Shown here: in pieces, positions 47,752 through 61,683 of the stretch
Position numbering within the stretch: position 1 is the stretch's first letter
Layout: every line of letters starts with the position of its first letter
From: Amoebidium appalachense
Taxonomy: Eukaryota; Protista; Ichthyosporea
Assembly (NCBI GenBank): GCA_963693365.1
Contig: CAVNZM010000007.1
Coordinates: 4,089,962-4,153,961, forward strand
Length of the DNA stretch: 64,000 nt
Direction: 5' to 3'
The notes under the pieces: model-generated
The model's input: only the letters and a program-made list of their open reading frames with translations
What the model was told of the DNA's origin: nothing
The model's database searches: none
Position numbers and translations under genes: made by a program

Positions 47752-48455
47752 TCAATTGGTGGCCTGCCGGGGAGAGGTGCCTGGGGAGAGAACGCAGAAG
47801 TCAGTAACACAATTCCCCCAATTCATTCTCCTCCCCCCCTCCTCCCCCGGGGAGCCCTTCTCCCCAACTTGCCGGGGCACGAGGATTCTGATGTTGACAA
47901 AACAGAAACACACATACTGTACAACCGCACACACCTAAGCTGTGCTCCCATAACAATATCAGTACCCAATCTTTACGTTACGCGTCTCTACGTAAAACCA
48001 GAACAGGGATCATGTGTAAATATTTGTTGCTGCAGAGGAAAGCACATTGTGTGTGTATGGACAAATCGAGTCATACCTGGAAGGCGGATGCCGGTCTTGA
48101 GGGAGCGGGTCTGCGACGTGTTGCTGGACAGCTCCCTGCAATCAAATCACACCATTAGAAAAAAATGCTAGTAAGAGCAATAACGTATATATGCAATCAT
48201 GTAAATTTATGCGCGTGCATATGTGCGTGTGTGTGTTTGAGTACACCAACCAGGCAGGCCACAACAAGGCTGGAGCAATCATATCAGCATCCAACCTTTT
48301 ACGACATTTTCACCGATGCACGCTCAATGCTCAAGAGAAATGATTGGGTTGCGTGTTGTTTAAAGAACCCCCCCCCCCCCCCCCCCCCTCCCGGGGACCA
48401 CACAGAGATTCAGGTCAACACATGCATGGAAGGGATGTCAGGCGGGACTGGGGAG

Positions 48456-48500
<45 letters not shown>

Positions 48501-49317
48501 GGGGGGGGGGGGGGGTTTTGAATGCGTCAAAAAGTACGAAGTACACAAGAACAAACGGATAACACGATGCAGAATGCAAGCCATACATAAAGAGTATGCA
48601 TAATAAGCAGAGCCCATCCTCAGGGGGGGCCCACGTCATCCACAGTACCCGAGTTTCGACCTATTCCCCTCGTTAACGAAACCCAACTCAGATACTGTTT
48701 CACTTGAACATGAGTAGGTCACCCGTCTTGATCAGAGACGAGCAGGGTTGCTTATGCAGGCAAGGGCAGTGGGAAAGGCCGGGGGTTAAAGTTGCAGCAG
48801 TAAGCAGAAGCAAGAAAAATATAGATAGGAACTCAGGAGACGGGGCTTCTAGGAAGCTCCCCCGTCGATACCTAAGTCGATACTTCCCTGGCTAACATAC
48901 TACACCAGCTGAAAAGAATTAAGTCCCGAAGGCCACAGAATTCGTAATCAGAGGGGAAAATATGAGATTTGACCCACGCCGCAGGGTAGTAACACGCTTA
49001 CTAGGGCGGAACTTTATCGTCTTCGAACGGAAAGCTATGCCCCCGGATGTCAGCCGGAAATATGGTATCACCCATTGCTTTGGGCTTGAAAAAAGCCAAA
49101 CTGATAGTCCGAGTTATGTTACGCCGGCGGGTAACATGCCGCATGGGTTCCAAGGGAGCTGTCGCCAACAGAGCGGTGTGTGCATGCGTGCGCGTAACGC
49201 AATGTGTGAAGTGTGTCTATAGCTATGAAAGGGGGTATGCAGAAGTGGACAGATGAAGTGTGTGGAGAGAAAAACAGTAAGAAGAAAAGTAGACACCGGT
49301 ATGTGCAACCCCGCACA

Positions 49318-49352
<35 letters not shown>

Positions 49353-49413
49353 AATAAGCGAAGATTACAGGTAATCAACCAGAACAACAAATGACAAGCA
49401 AAACAACAGGCGC

Positions 49414-49446
<33 letters not shown>

Positions 49447-50568
49447 AGGAAAAAGAAAGAGAGAGAGAGAGGGGGGGGGGGGGGGGGGGGGGGGATAGAG
49501 GGATATCTCACCTGAAGGGGGTGGGAGGTGTCCTCGGCGCCTCGGCATCACTGCAAGTAGACCTGAAGCAACAGTCAGTGTTAGCCCCCTCCCCTCCCTC
49601 CTCCCTCTCCACACACACCCATTCACCCAGAGAAGGACTATGTGCACAGGGAGAATGTAGATCCCCCCCCCCCCCCCCCCCCCCCGGGGCTACACACACG
49701 CATACACACACACATAAAAAAAAACCCACTCTTGCCTGAAGTATCTACACATGTCGTTCCACCTCAACATACAAACACATATCGGCAGACTCAGCTTGAC
49801 TCCCACCTGCCCCCACGGTACCCTCTTCAACACACAAGCAATCTGCTGTGAACATGCCCCACACTACACAATCCTAAGGGCAGACAGGCAGGCAGAAGCG
49901 TACATATCGTGTAAACATGCCCCGCAACACACACACACACACTATCCACCAAACAGACAGGCAGGCACAAAAAGACAGACACAAACAGACACGTACGTAG
50001 CAACAGGCCCAAATGTGACCGTAGGCTTCTCCAGTGCGACTTTAGGTCTACGAAGGCTGCTGCGCCTGGGCTTCTCCTCCGTCTGGGGGGTAGCGGGTGC
50101 ACTGCTAGCCTTATTCGTATCCACTTGGGCAGACTCCACCCCCTCAAACACGGTCTTGTGGGGTATGGGCGGGCTGGAACTGATGGTGCCAAACCGCACA
50201 GAAGAGAACTTGCTCGTGGGGGGAGGCACAACCGGGGAACTGGAGGCACTTAGGTCGTAGGGGAGAATGTCGGGGGACTCGGAGACGATGGAGGTAGGGG
50301 CAGCCGTAGTGGCGGTGTTGTCGGTGGTGGTTTCTGTTGTATTGGCGGGGAGTTTGAAGGGTGTAGGGCGGGGGAGGGTGATGTGTGGCCTGGTCTGGTG
50401 GGGGGAGGGTGGGGTGTTTGGGCCCGTGAAGAGAACTTTGACGGTGGCCCTGGGACGGAGCAGACCGCTGCTAGCTTGTTCGGTGGGGGGGCTGGCGGTG
50501 GGCTTGGGGGCAGATGGGGTGGGGTCTTCGGTCTCGGGGGTGATGGCTGGGGAGGTCACGTGGTTGCT

Positions 50569-50601
<33 letters not shown>

Positions 50602-52492
50602 AGGGGGGGGGGGTCAGTATGTGGCATGCTTCCGTGAATATGGGCAGTGGGGGATGGAATGAGGTGGGTGTGGGTGTGGGTGTCTGTATGGTGTGCGGTG
50701 GAGTCTGTGTGTGTTTTTTTTTTTTTTTTGCGTTTTTTTTTGTGGGGGGGGGTAAAAAATTGGGAGAATAATGATAGGGATGAATGAGAGCAAAAGCAGC
50801 AGGCATCTATCGCCCAACTCTTGCAACCTTAGCCCCCCCCCCCCCTCCCCTTCCCACCCCCCCCACCCGATGCCCACTGTGTGACCCCCATGCTTACTAT
50901 TTGAAAAAGGAGGACCACCTCTAAGCACATACCGAAGACGAGAAGGGGGCATGGGTGTCCCATCACGGGGTGTAGCAGGGGCCTTAGGCACGAGCACACG
51001 CCGACGGATGGGCGTGGGCCGGGGCAGAGCAAGGGGGGTACTGGGGATGCCAGCAGGCGTCAGCATGCCGGGCACAGCCATGGGTGAGTTCTTGCCATCA
51101 GTCTCTGTCGCGGGGAGGGAGGTTGGATGCATGGTCACAGGGGTACCTCGGAAGCGCACGTGCATGGGTTGGGGTGTGTGGAAGGCGTCAGGGGTGGCGG
51201 GGGAATCTTCCGTGGTGGGTGCGGAGAGCGGCATGGGTGGGACGGCGGCGAGTGGTTTGATGGCAAAGAAGTCGTCGGTCAGGTCCAGGTCATCCTGTGT
51301 GGTAGGCATATGGAGGTCAGGATGAAGAAATGCGGGTGCCTGGGTGCACGTGGGGTGTGGTTAGCATGCATGGCTGTGATGCAAAGGCGATCTAAATATG
51401 ATACCTGGCCTCATCCCCCCCCCCCCCTCCCCCCCCCCCCCCACCCACCACAAGGCCTAACCATCCGTGTGCACACAAACTCTGCCCTTGGAACCAAACC
51501 CATCCAACAAACAAATAACACCCACGACTATAGGCCCGTTGCACCGTCCCAATGACAGGCGTACACACTTTTGTGTCTGGCCCCCCCACAACACCCAGTG
51601 CCATGCACGTACACACATATTACTACTCCCAACCGATTTCCCAACATACAGACCGAGCAAAACCAACCAGAAACCAACCCCATAACCACCACAAACACCA
51701 CTAATAAACACCACATACAGCCAGATAAATGAAAACACGTTAGCACTACCTCCAATGTGTTGTCCAGTGCGGCAAACAGCTCGTCCAGCTTCTCATCGTC
51801 TATGACCGTGTCCTCGAAGGAGGCCCCCACCCCCTGCAGCTGCACTAGCTCCTGCTGCATCTTGTACATGTAGCGCCGCACATCACACAGCATCTGGTCC
51901 TAGAGAACACACGTGTTAACCTCTTCGGGCCGGCACTAATTGATTTGGCCGGCAGCCGGCCAGCTCTACACAGCTCTAGACAACTCTATTGTGGCTCGAA
52001 ATCGATAGATAAAACTCGAATAATTTGTAAATATCGACACGTGTATGTCTTACCGACATACCTTGCTAAGTTGGTTTGGGGGAAAACATCATTTTTCGTA
52101 TGCTTTTGTATCTGTTTCTGTGTTTCTGAAGTGACTATCTAGGGAAATTTGCCGGTATGAACAGGTTAATGTAATGAACATATATCAACACACACACACA
52201 CACACACACACATAAGAGCAAGTGTGTTTGGATTTGCACTGTGCTCTTGTAGCCTACAGCCAGTCTATATCCCATTCGCTGCGCTTCGGACTCAATCACA
52301 AAAGAGAAAAGCCCCCCCGTCCCCCATGTACATGTAGCACCACACCTCTCCAAGCATCTGATCCGAAAATACACACGAGTCAACATCATATATGTGAACT
52401 TTGGGTTGGAGTACGATACACAGCACTTTTGTGGCCTACAGCCAGTCTACATGCAACGGTTGCTGCTTCGGACTCAAGTCGCAACGAGGAAA

Positions 52493-52528
<36 letters not shown>

Positions 52529-52741
52529 TCCCAAGGAGAGTAAGCACTCTTCAACTTGGGTCTTCGACGACAAGAGACATCCACAAAATTTCCCACATAA
52601 AAGAGGTATGTGTAGGCGAATTTTCTAGTTCTTTTTTTTTTTTTTTTTTTCTCCCAAGGGCCGGGGGGGGGGGGGGGGGGGGGGGGGGGTGTACCCGCTC
52701 TGAAAGTTGCTGCTCAACAACCCTGCCCTCGGCTGCAGGGT

Positions 52742-52772
<31 letters not shown>

Positions 52773-52963
52773 GGGGGGGGGAGAGCACTGTTTGAGATCA
52801 GGACGTTGACTTGCATAAGTGAAACAATATAAGACAAGGGGTGGTCAGCCATATGAAATTTTATAAGACCATTTACACAGCACAAACCAAAACATTCGGA
52901 AACCAGGAAAAAATGACTGGAAAGCCATAAACAGGAATTAGGTTGCAACAGGGAGTAGAAGAA

Positions 52964-53002
<39 letters not shown>

Positions 53003-54476
53003 GAAGAGAAACTTTCGGCCGTATACGTGCCCCCTCAACGGAAGAAAACTAGTACCTTGTGCGTATATCTCAAAGCAAAATGGCATAAGCCTAAAGACTG
53101 GCAGGTTGTCTGAGAGGTTGAGTGGCTGGGAGACCGGGAATGGGGGGAAGAGGAGGGGAATAGGGGCATGGCGGGGCAGGAGACAAGAGGAGGAGGAAGA
53201 GGAAGAGGAGGAGGGGGGGGGGGGGGGGGGGGGGGCACATACCCTCAAACTGTTCGACCTTCTCAGTGAGGGACTTTCTCATCTGCTGCAGCTCGGTCAG
53301 CTGCTGCTCAAGCTCGGAACTGACTTGGCGGCGGCTCTGAGGAGATCAAGAAACAATTAGCATCAGTATGCACTGCAATAGAGATGAAACGAAACATTCT
53401 CCAACACTGACCAGGCAAGAAGAACAGGCGGCTTATTTGCATATAAGAATATGCAGTTCGGTAGATGGGTATCGAAGGGGGCCTAACAAGACGCGCATTA
53501 GTCTGCTGGTCACCTCTCAACTACACATTGCCACATTCTAGCTTTTATAATGGCCCAGAAATCGATTGATCTATCAGCTAGCAACCACAAACACATTTGC
53601 ACATATGTAAGCAAGATACTTGAAAAAACATACATATCAAACATGCGTTAATGCAAGAAGGTAACATAAACGCACACAAGCACAACCAGGACATAAAAAA
53701 GGCACACAAAAACAACATGCAGAACAGGTACAAACACACAGAACTAATGAAAAAAAGAAGAAAGCTTTCCCTGCGCGCACCTACCTCGAGCATCTCCTCC
53801 AAATCCCTTATTCTCCCCTCCAGCAGCCCGCACTGGCTGCGAGCACTGTCCCTGTGCACACACACATCCTCCACCTCTGCCTGCAGCCTCACAACCTGCC
53901 CGTTGAGACCTGCAATCTCATCGCACAGCTGCCGAACCGTTTTCTCCTGCACCGACACCATCTCATCCTCTCTCCTCTTGAAGTAGTTTCTTGTGGCGGC
54001 AAACCCAACCAGGGCCCCAAACACCGAGCAGCAGATCACACACACCCAGAGCACCTCGGGGGGTGCACCGAAAATGACCGGTGTGGTGGAATCATCGAGG
54101 CTGGTGGCCCCCTCGGTGGTAGAGACGGGGGGTAGTGCTGGGTTGGTGCCTGTTCGGAATGGCTCGTACCTGGTGGTATCTGCCGCAAGGTTGGCAAGTC
54201 TCTTTGCCTGCAGGGAAAGAGTTAACAATATGAGTCAAAAAGTAAAAAAAATGCATCGCACTAAGGAAGCCACCACCCTTCTCTCCTTCCTCCTCCTCTC
54301 CTACTTACAGATATCGGTCCTTCCCATGTCCCCACATATGCACACGTGTATACACCACCATTCATCGTGCCGAGGGAAGTGGCAAATAGAGTGGCCCAAC
54401 ATTCAGATCCCTTGAACGGTCTTTTTATGGTGGTGGTGGTGGTGGTGGGGTGTGTGCGTGTTTTTTTGTTTTTTTT

Positions 54477-54521
<45 letters not shown>

Positions 54522-54861
54522 GGGGGAACGAAAAAAACGGGGGAAAAAAACCATCAGCTCACCTGCTCTTCAACCTTGCGCCTGAGCCATGCAAGCGCAG
54601 TCCACATCTTGACCTGGGCAGGAGTGCCCAGAGCCTCGATGGGCTCCAACGAGAGGTCTATCTCATCCAGCAGCACGGGCTCGGAAGGAGTGGAGGTGCC
54701 GCACACATCTCCTAGACAGCCTTCCTCCACCTGCTTTGCGCCCCCATAAGTTAAGATAGGAGTGAGGGAAAGTTATGTAAACTTCAGAAAATCATTGTTG
54801 AGTCAGTAGATTAGCAGCGCCCCCACACCCCCCCTCCCTCCCATCCTTCCCCCTCCCCCCC

Positions 54862-54899
<38 letters not shown>

Positions 54900-55431
54900 C
54901 AGCCATCTGCAGTGAGCACCGTGAACGAAAAAAAACACAGGTTCTCCTGCAACAGCAAACAGCCATAATGCTAAGCACCTTGTTGCTCTCACACAGCTCC
55001 ACACCTACCTCAGCCGCGTCTGCTCCACAACTACCCGGGGTAAGCACATCACTCGATTCGCTGCTCGTTACAATCCACGGGCCACAGCTGAGAGTCAGCA
55101 CAAACGACTGCCCGGCCTGCTCAGAAGCTGCCAAATCGACTGTGCTTCGTGCGGTAAAAGTTAAAAAATCCAGGCCGTTGCTTGGGAAAAGAACTGCATT
55201 CTGCTGCACTGCTGGGGTGGATGTGGACTCGTAATAGAAAGTGCAGTCTCCTGGAAGGAGTTTCTTGTCCTTGAACGAGACCGTTGCAGCCAGCGAAAAA
55301 AGTGAATTCGTTGCCCCACAGCCAACCACTTGTGGTTGCCCGAGCTTGGGAAGAGGGAGTCTCTCAACCGTTTCGGTAGAAAAGACACCGGCAGCCCCAA
55401 GAATGAGCGTTAAGAAGAGGTGTGTCCACAT
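47752..55431 (-). CDS. Unknown type I membrane protein (~813 aa): signal peptide, Cys-containing luminal domain, one TM, coiled coil, long Pro/Thr/Ser-rich tail
   Basis: Exons 55431-54979, 54730-54563, 54207-53785, 53336-53243, 52732-52695, 51899-51750, 51339-50933, 50566-49997, 49562-49512, 48135-48077, 47780-47752, all GT-AG with consistent phases. Signal MWTHLFLTLILGAAGVFS; TM VLWVCVICCSVFGALVGFAA followed by RNYFKRR; heptad-rich region follows. Confidence 0.8.
48520..48757. mobile_element. Dispersed ~240-bp repeat, copy 2
   Basis: Homologous to 6927-7158, same orientation, also intronic. Confidence 0.8.
52235..52500. repeat. Diverged ~180-bp-period tandem duplication in an intron
   Basis: TTGT.GCCTACAGCCAGTCTA...GCTTCGGACTCAA...GAAA.GCCCCCC at about 52247 and about 52429. 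Confidence 0.75.
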
Positions 55432-56508
55432 CGCGACGGATACCTAAGGTAAAACGGTTGTGTTAGGAAGAGAACGAGTGAACGAAAAAGCCACCCAGCC
55501 GACCACACTTTCCGATGGGTCCGCTTATCTTCGTACAGCTAGAGTTTACCGCGTAGATCAAAAAGGATCAAAAGGCATTATATGCTACTTAACTTTTAAG
55601 GAATTCAACTGGCAAGCAAAACCCGTGAAACTCTCGACCATAAACCGAGCTCGAGACCCACCTAAGCTTTCGAACTTAACGGCAGTGCACCATCCTCTGC
55701 GCAGCAACCTCTTTCTCCTTCGTGTCTACCGTGCCCAGAAACTCCAAAGACTGCTTACTATTTCTTTTGCTTCCAATTCTTTCGCTCTTTTTCAGCATAA
55801 AAAAAGTGGTAATAGTGTAACGCGTGTATAGTTATTATCCTGTTTTTACGTTTGAGTTCAACAGACTGAGCCATGTCACTTGTGCAAACTGCCACGGACC
55901 GACGGGTGACCGTTCCCACAGGATTGTCATATGTCTTCATGATATGACACTCATTAAATATTTTTAGTTCATACAAAACATTTTGTAAGCATTTTAAAAG
56001 CTCTAACAGTGAATCGATTTGGCACTTTTTAACATTAACTGTTGCCGCAACGGAGGCCTATCCCTGGGATCTTGCATTTGAGTGTTGTGTTTCGCGCGCT
56101 TTTGTGTGATTGGTCTAGAGGGTTTTAAAGTAGTTCGTCACAGTGGCGTAACCGTGGCACAGTCTCGTACGTGGCACGGTGGCAGTCAAGTCTTTTGGGG
56201 GGGCCGTTCACAGTACGGTGAGGGCCATTTTAGTTTCCCGCCTAGCCTTACAATCCCGTTTGAATGGCAATATTATGTGGCAAATTTGGTAACAGGTGTT
56301 GTGTGAGCTTGGCTTCCTTCAGTTACTAGTTTGAGCAAAAGCATTTATCTGTCTTCCTTCATCTCTTGGGCCGGAGTTGCGGTTCCCTTTCCCCCCCCCC
56401 CTTCCCTCCCCCCCTCCGAGAGGGCCACCTCGCCTTCACACACAAACACACACACACGCGCGCGCACACACACGCACACACGCACACGCACACACAAACA
56501 CACACGCG

Positions 56509-56539
<31 letters not shown>

Positions 56540-56961
56540 GCACGCACGCCCGCAACACACAAGCACACACAAACACACACACTCTCTCTTTATCCCTTTC
56601 TCTCTCTCTCCCTCCCCCCCCCCTCTCTCTGCGGGCCTGTCTTTGCCCCTCAGGCCTTTCCCACCGCAAGCGTACACACGTTCACCAGCAAAGGCACACA
56701 CAAAGCACTATATGAGTGCACCAGGGCTACGAACACAACTTTGTTGCTCACATAAGTTGTCAGAGCTTTACTTGTATCAGCACTATGTAAGGCAACACAA
56801 AAGCGCGCACGCACACACACACGCACACACACACGCTCGAACACATGTGCAGACACCCTCCCCCGAGCCTCAACCACACATGGTGACGGCCATACACAAA
56901 TGTGCACACGGGTTTAAATTCCACCTGCACACACACACTTGTATGGGCACACACGCGCGTG

Positions 56962-56995
<34 letters not shown>

Positions 56996-57081
56996 CACAT
57001 ACACACATACACACACACACTCTCTCCTTCTTTCTCTCTCTCCCCCCCCCCCCCCCCCTTCCTCCCTTCCTCTTCTCTCTC

Positions 57082-57158
<77 letters not shown>

Positions 57159-58439
57159 GACACCTGCACACACACACAATCCACATCAGCGCCACAGTCA
57201 CGCACACTAAACACACACTAATCTGCTGTGGTCTGTGTGAGAGAGTGAGAGAGGAGAAGGGGGGAAAGAGGGGGGGAGGGGGGGGAGGGGGGAATAAAAA
57301 AGGAAGCGCAGGGGGGGGGGGGGGGGGGAGGGTAACAAAGGGGGATGGGGCGTTCATGTGCAGGGGATGACCATCCGATGATATAGCAGTAGAACTTCAT
57401 TCTCTGAGTAAGATCTCATGATTGCAAGCGTTGATTTCGCTGGCGACCTGTGCGGGCCATCATGATGGTTCCTTGAGCGCATGCAAGTCTTCTTAAAGTG
57501 GATAAAAGCTGTGCATTGAAAAGGCAATTCAGACTTGACACCCATAATCGCAGTCTTTTAAATGAAGTCAGCACAATGAGTACCACAGCCTATGCATATT
57601 GAGTTTCGGGGCCTCGGTGCTACAATCGAATATTTCGAATTAAGGCGCTCATTGTGTGCGTGTGTTTTGGAGGGGTGGGGTGTGTGTGTGTTGGGGGGGG
57701 GGGGGGGGGAGGGGGAGGGGGGTGGGGGGGGGGGGGGTGGGGGGGGGAGGGGTTTCAACTTAGCCGGGCAGGCAAGTGGGAAACTTCGGGACTGAACGTG
57801 ATTGGAAAGGAACGGGGGGGGGGGGGGGGGGGGGGGGGGGGCTCTCTTCACGACTGATCATGAGCCGATACTTCTCCGCGGTTACCATATATGGCAGTTG
57901 CATGATATATCTAAAAAAAGAGTCCGCACCATAAGTAGGCAAAGCTCAATTATTGTGTACCTTACGCATTGACGTGTGCCGCAAAAACTCAAACACATTT
58001 CTCGCTAATGATACTTGATGACTGCCACTACATACCATTTGACCGTTGCACACTTTTTTAAAACCACCAATGCCACCTAGTGCACATAGCAGCATAGCAT
58101 GAAAGCGAACCCAGTTCTAAGTACTATATATCAGAAAAAAGAGAACATCGGGATATAGCGCAAAAGATATCGATGGTGCTACGAATCAAAAAACAGTATT
58201 TAAAGTTGGATAGCTAGCCGTCGACCGTCGTCCTGAACTATCCAAGCCACTGGCTATGGGCAAAAACGACATTTATAATACAAAAACCTTCACTGAAACA
58301 TGTCGCTCACAGAGTCAGCTCTATCAGCCAGAGTCTAACCTTAATTTCTCAACCACCAACTTACACAACTACCCCCTGTGAAGAATGTGAAGAAGAAAAA
58401 CCCCAAACCACTGAGTCTCTTAACAGAAAAAGAGCGATC

Positions 58440-60207
58440 ACTCACGCACAGACCACACCGTCACCTTGCCGCCTTCATCCAGAACAGCCACTTGTGCCCC
58501 CTTCACACTGCCTTCCTCAGTCCGCGACGGCATTATCTCGCCAAACTTCAACTTCATAGTGTTGATTGGGTTTGGGATCGAAGGCTCAATTCGAAGCAGC
58601 CTAAGGGTGCCACCGCGATCGTCACGTGTCAAAACCCGGTAACGAGCAGGCAGTCCCTGCAGATAAATCCCATTCCGCCCCAGCCAATCTCTCGCCATCG
58701 GTGTCCTTTGGCAAAACATCATCGAGGACACTGAGGTGCGTTTGAGCCCCCCTTTCATCCCATGACTGGAAAATGGCACTGGTTCCGTCCGGTGACGATT
58801 TGGGCACCCCAACACGCATTTCACATGGCCAAACTACCATGCACAGCCGCTTGCCATCTAGAAAAACGGCAGGATACGGGAGGTCTCCGGCAGACCTACA
58901 TCTGTATAGCTCATTGCCCCGTGCCGCATCAAAAACGACATACACATCAACGAGCCTACCGCGATGGTGATAACGCGTACGTCCCAAAAACGCCTCTGCA
59001 GAATGTTACAACTTCATGTCCGCTATGCCGTTGCATTCCGACTCCCATAGTGTCGCTCCTGTGGTAAGTGAATACGCCTGTAGCTTTCCAGCATGCTGAT
59101 CACACACAACCACCATTTCCCCATTTAGAAGCACAACAGGGTCAACGCCGCTATTGACATGGCGAGTCCCCCCACCAGCGCTTGAAATAACCCCCAAATC
59201 AAAAGCGCGCGAGTGAGCCGTTGTGCGCATGATAGATTGAAAGTATGGTGCCGGCCCCACTCGAAGTCTTAACCCCAGCTGTAAATGTCCGAGATTCTAG
59301 GATGTGGTGCCCATGATGGTCCATGACGATGCTTTCTTTTACCCAGGACTGCTTTGCACGTGGCCATTCTCTGATTTTCGTTCCCGTTGTTGTGTCCCAA
59401 AGGACGGCCACAAACTCACTGTCAAAACTACGAAACGACGTCAGGAGTCGATTGTTACTGCCCATCTTCACTACTACCGGGCTGCCCTTCGTCACAAACG
59501 TGTTCAGAACAATACACTCCGGATCAGCCCCGAAAAACTTCACCAAAAACTTCACCACGTCGAGCCCGTCGTAAGTTTCGAGGCCACGGCACACAGTAAA
59601 TTTTGAACTCGGCCTGCAATGCGTCTTTTACGCTCTTGTCTGCCGGATTGTGGAGTTTTGTAGCCCCACTGCGGAGGTAGTCCAGCACGTAGCAAAACAG
59701 CTCCGGGGAACGGTCGATGAACACAGAACCGTCGGCCTGCTTGTGGATGGCGTGGCGATCGCTGAACCAGGCTGCAAACATGGACCCAGGCACAGCGCAC
59801 AGCGTCTGGGGGGTATTGTGGAAGTGCCGCCCTCCCACGTCCAACACTATGCCGTCACTGGCCTGCGCCTCAAGCCAGTTGGGCAGCACAGAGTCGCGCT
59901 CCAAGTCATTCCACTCCTTGCAGGAGTAACCTTCATGTGAGAAAAGAACCGTTCACACACTTTTCCAGCTATCTTCCCATGGCCCCGGGCAAAGTTTTGA
60001 AAATCTTATCTAATCAGTTTTTTTTTAGAACTTCCAACAGTTCGTTAACTACTAAAACCCAAACTTATACAGCACCCCCCCCCCCTCCCCCCCCCCCCTT
60101 TTTTCTTTGTATCTCTCCACCCCTTTTCCATTGCTCCTGAGTCTTTTCCTCGTCCCCATCCCACCCTCCTCTTTCTCTTTCCTCCTTAACCCTCCCCCTC
60201 CCCCCCC

Positions 60208-60238
<31 letters not shown>

Positions 60239-60270
60239 AGGCCTCCCCGGAAGGAAAAGAAAGGAAAGGG

Positions 60271-60315
<45 letters not shown>

Positions 60316-60545
60316 ACAAAAAGAGGAGCCAAAACTGTGAGTAGCAGACGAAGAGGAAAGCACGTTGGCCACAATCGCCGCAATGCGCAAATAATGTGAC
60401 ACTTAATAGGTTGAAACTAAGAGTACACAGTACGTACGTTGGTCCAGGAGAAACCAAGAAAAAAGTGCGATCTGAGATTGCAATGAAGGAACAGGAGCAA
60501 AGAACTTCCCAGGCTGATGACGATGAAAATGGGCCGGAGGGGGAA

Positions 60546-60582
<37 letters not shown>

Positions 60583-60897
60583 GGGGGGGAGAGAGAGAGA
60601 GAGAGAGTGTGTGTGTGTGTGGGGCAAGGGAAAGCACATACGAATTGGAGGTAAGAGGAGGAGGGGGAAGGGAAGGGGGGGAGGGGGGAGGTGGGGGGGG
60701 GGAGGGACACACTTCTCTAGCTTGAGCGCGAGCCTCTCTACGTCCAGCATGTGTGCCTTCTCAGTCAATGTCTCCTCCCATTGTGCCAGCTCGCGTGCTG
60801 TGGCCTCCAGGCGTTCAGATAGCTGCCTGCTGTCCGCTGCAACATCTTTGCTGGCTTGCAAGAGACTTGCTGCACTGTATTTAGGCCTGCTCGCCAT
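58440..60897 (-). pseudogene. Coiled-coil + BTB/POZ (KCTD-type) + probable beta-propeller gene, disrupted
   Basis: Exon 1 60897-~60710 (coiled coil). BTB IVLDVGGRHF...TL...PGSMFAAWFS...DGSVFIDRSPELFCYVLDYLR at about 59850-59670. Downstream propeller-like text (VLWDTTTG, LQAYSLTTGATLW, VFDAARGNEL) is split over different frames near 59590 and 59230, with in-frame stops at 59008 (TAA) and 58624 (TGA). The 3' boundary is approximate. Confidence 0.7.
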
Positions 60898-60995
60898 GTT
60901 GAAGCTGCTGACTGGACGAACTTCGCAGAAGCAGGAAAAGAACGAAGAAATATGAGAGGTGGTTGGAAAGGGGGAGAAAGACTTAAATGGCTCTG

Positions 60996-61029
<34 letters not shown>

Positions 61030-61498
61030 AGCATGTTTTGACAGGTTGCAACTAGGAAAGGATTTGGAGGGGTGAAAGGGGCGGGGCTCGAGGGGAGAGA
61101 AGATCTGAGACTCGAGGAGAGGGTGAAGGAAATGAGAAACCTACTCTATTAGAGGAGAGAGTAGCTAGCTAACACATAATTAAGCCTTAATAAGTGTCGC
61201 ACTGTTTTGTTGTTTTCTTACCATTCCTTTGCACGTTTTTCAACTCAAAATAATGAGAGCGAGAATTCGCGCTTGCTCTTTTGTGTGTTTTTGTCCTGCA
61301 GCAAGAGGGCAGTCTCGTGGTCTCGTCAAGTCCCGGGGCCTCGGGTCTCGTGGGAGGATGCTTTCTGCCGTGTTCTGGGTTGGCCGCTGAGCCGGGGGAA
61401 CTTGGCGCCAATATCAGCCAATCAATCTGCAACTTAGCACGCGGTTCTCTGTGCGTCAGCTCTGAGCAATGCGATCGATATGCAGTGTCAAGCACACG

Positions 61499-61585
<87 letters not shown>

Positions 61586-61650
61586 CGCGTGTGTGCGTGT
61601 GTGTGTGTGTGTAGGGGTGGTGGTAATTACTTGGTGGTGGTGGTGGTGGT

Positions 61651-61683
<33 letters not shown>

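Noticed and set aside
48600-48757. Hammerhead, HDV, U2 or 5S rRNA identity for the dispersed repeat
   Set aside because: A stem followed by GAAAC exists on the minus strand but no CUGANGA precedes it; HDV topology could not be completed; U2 and 5S matches are short and wrongly spaced.
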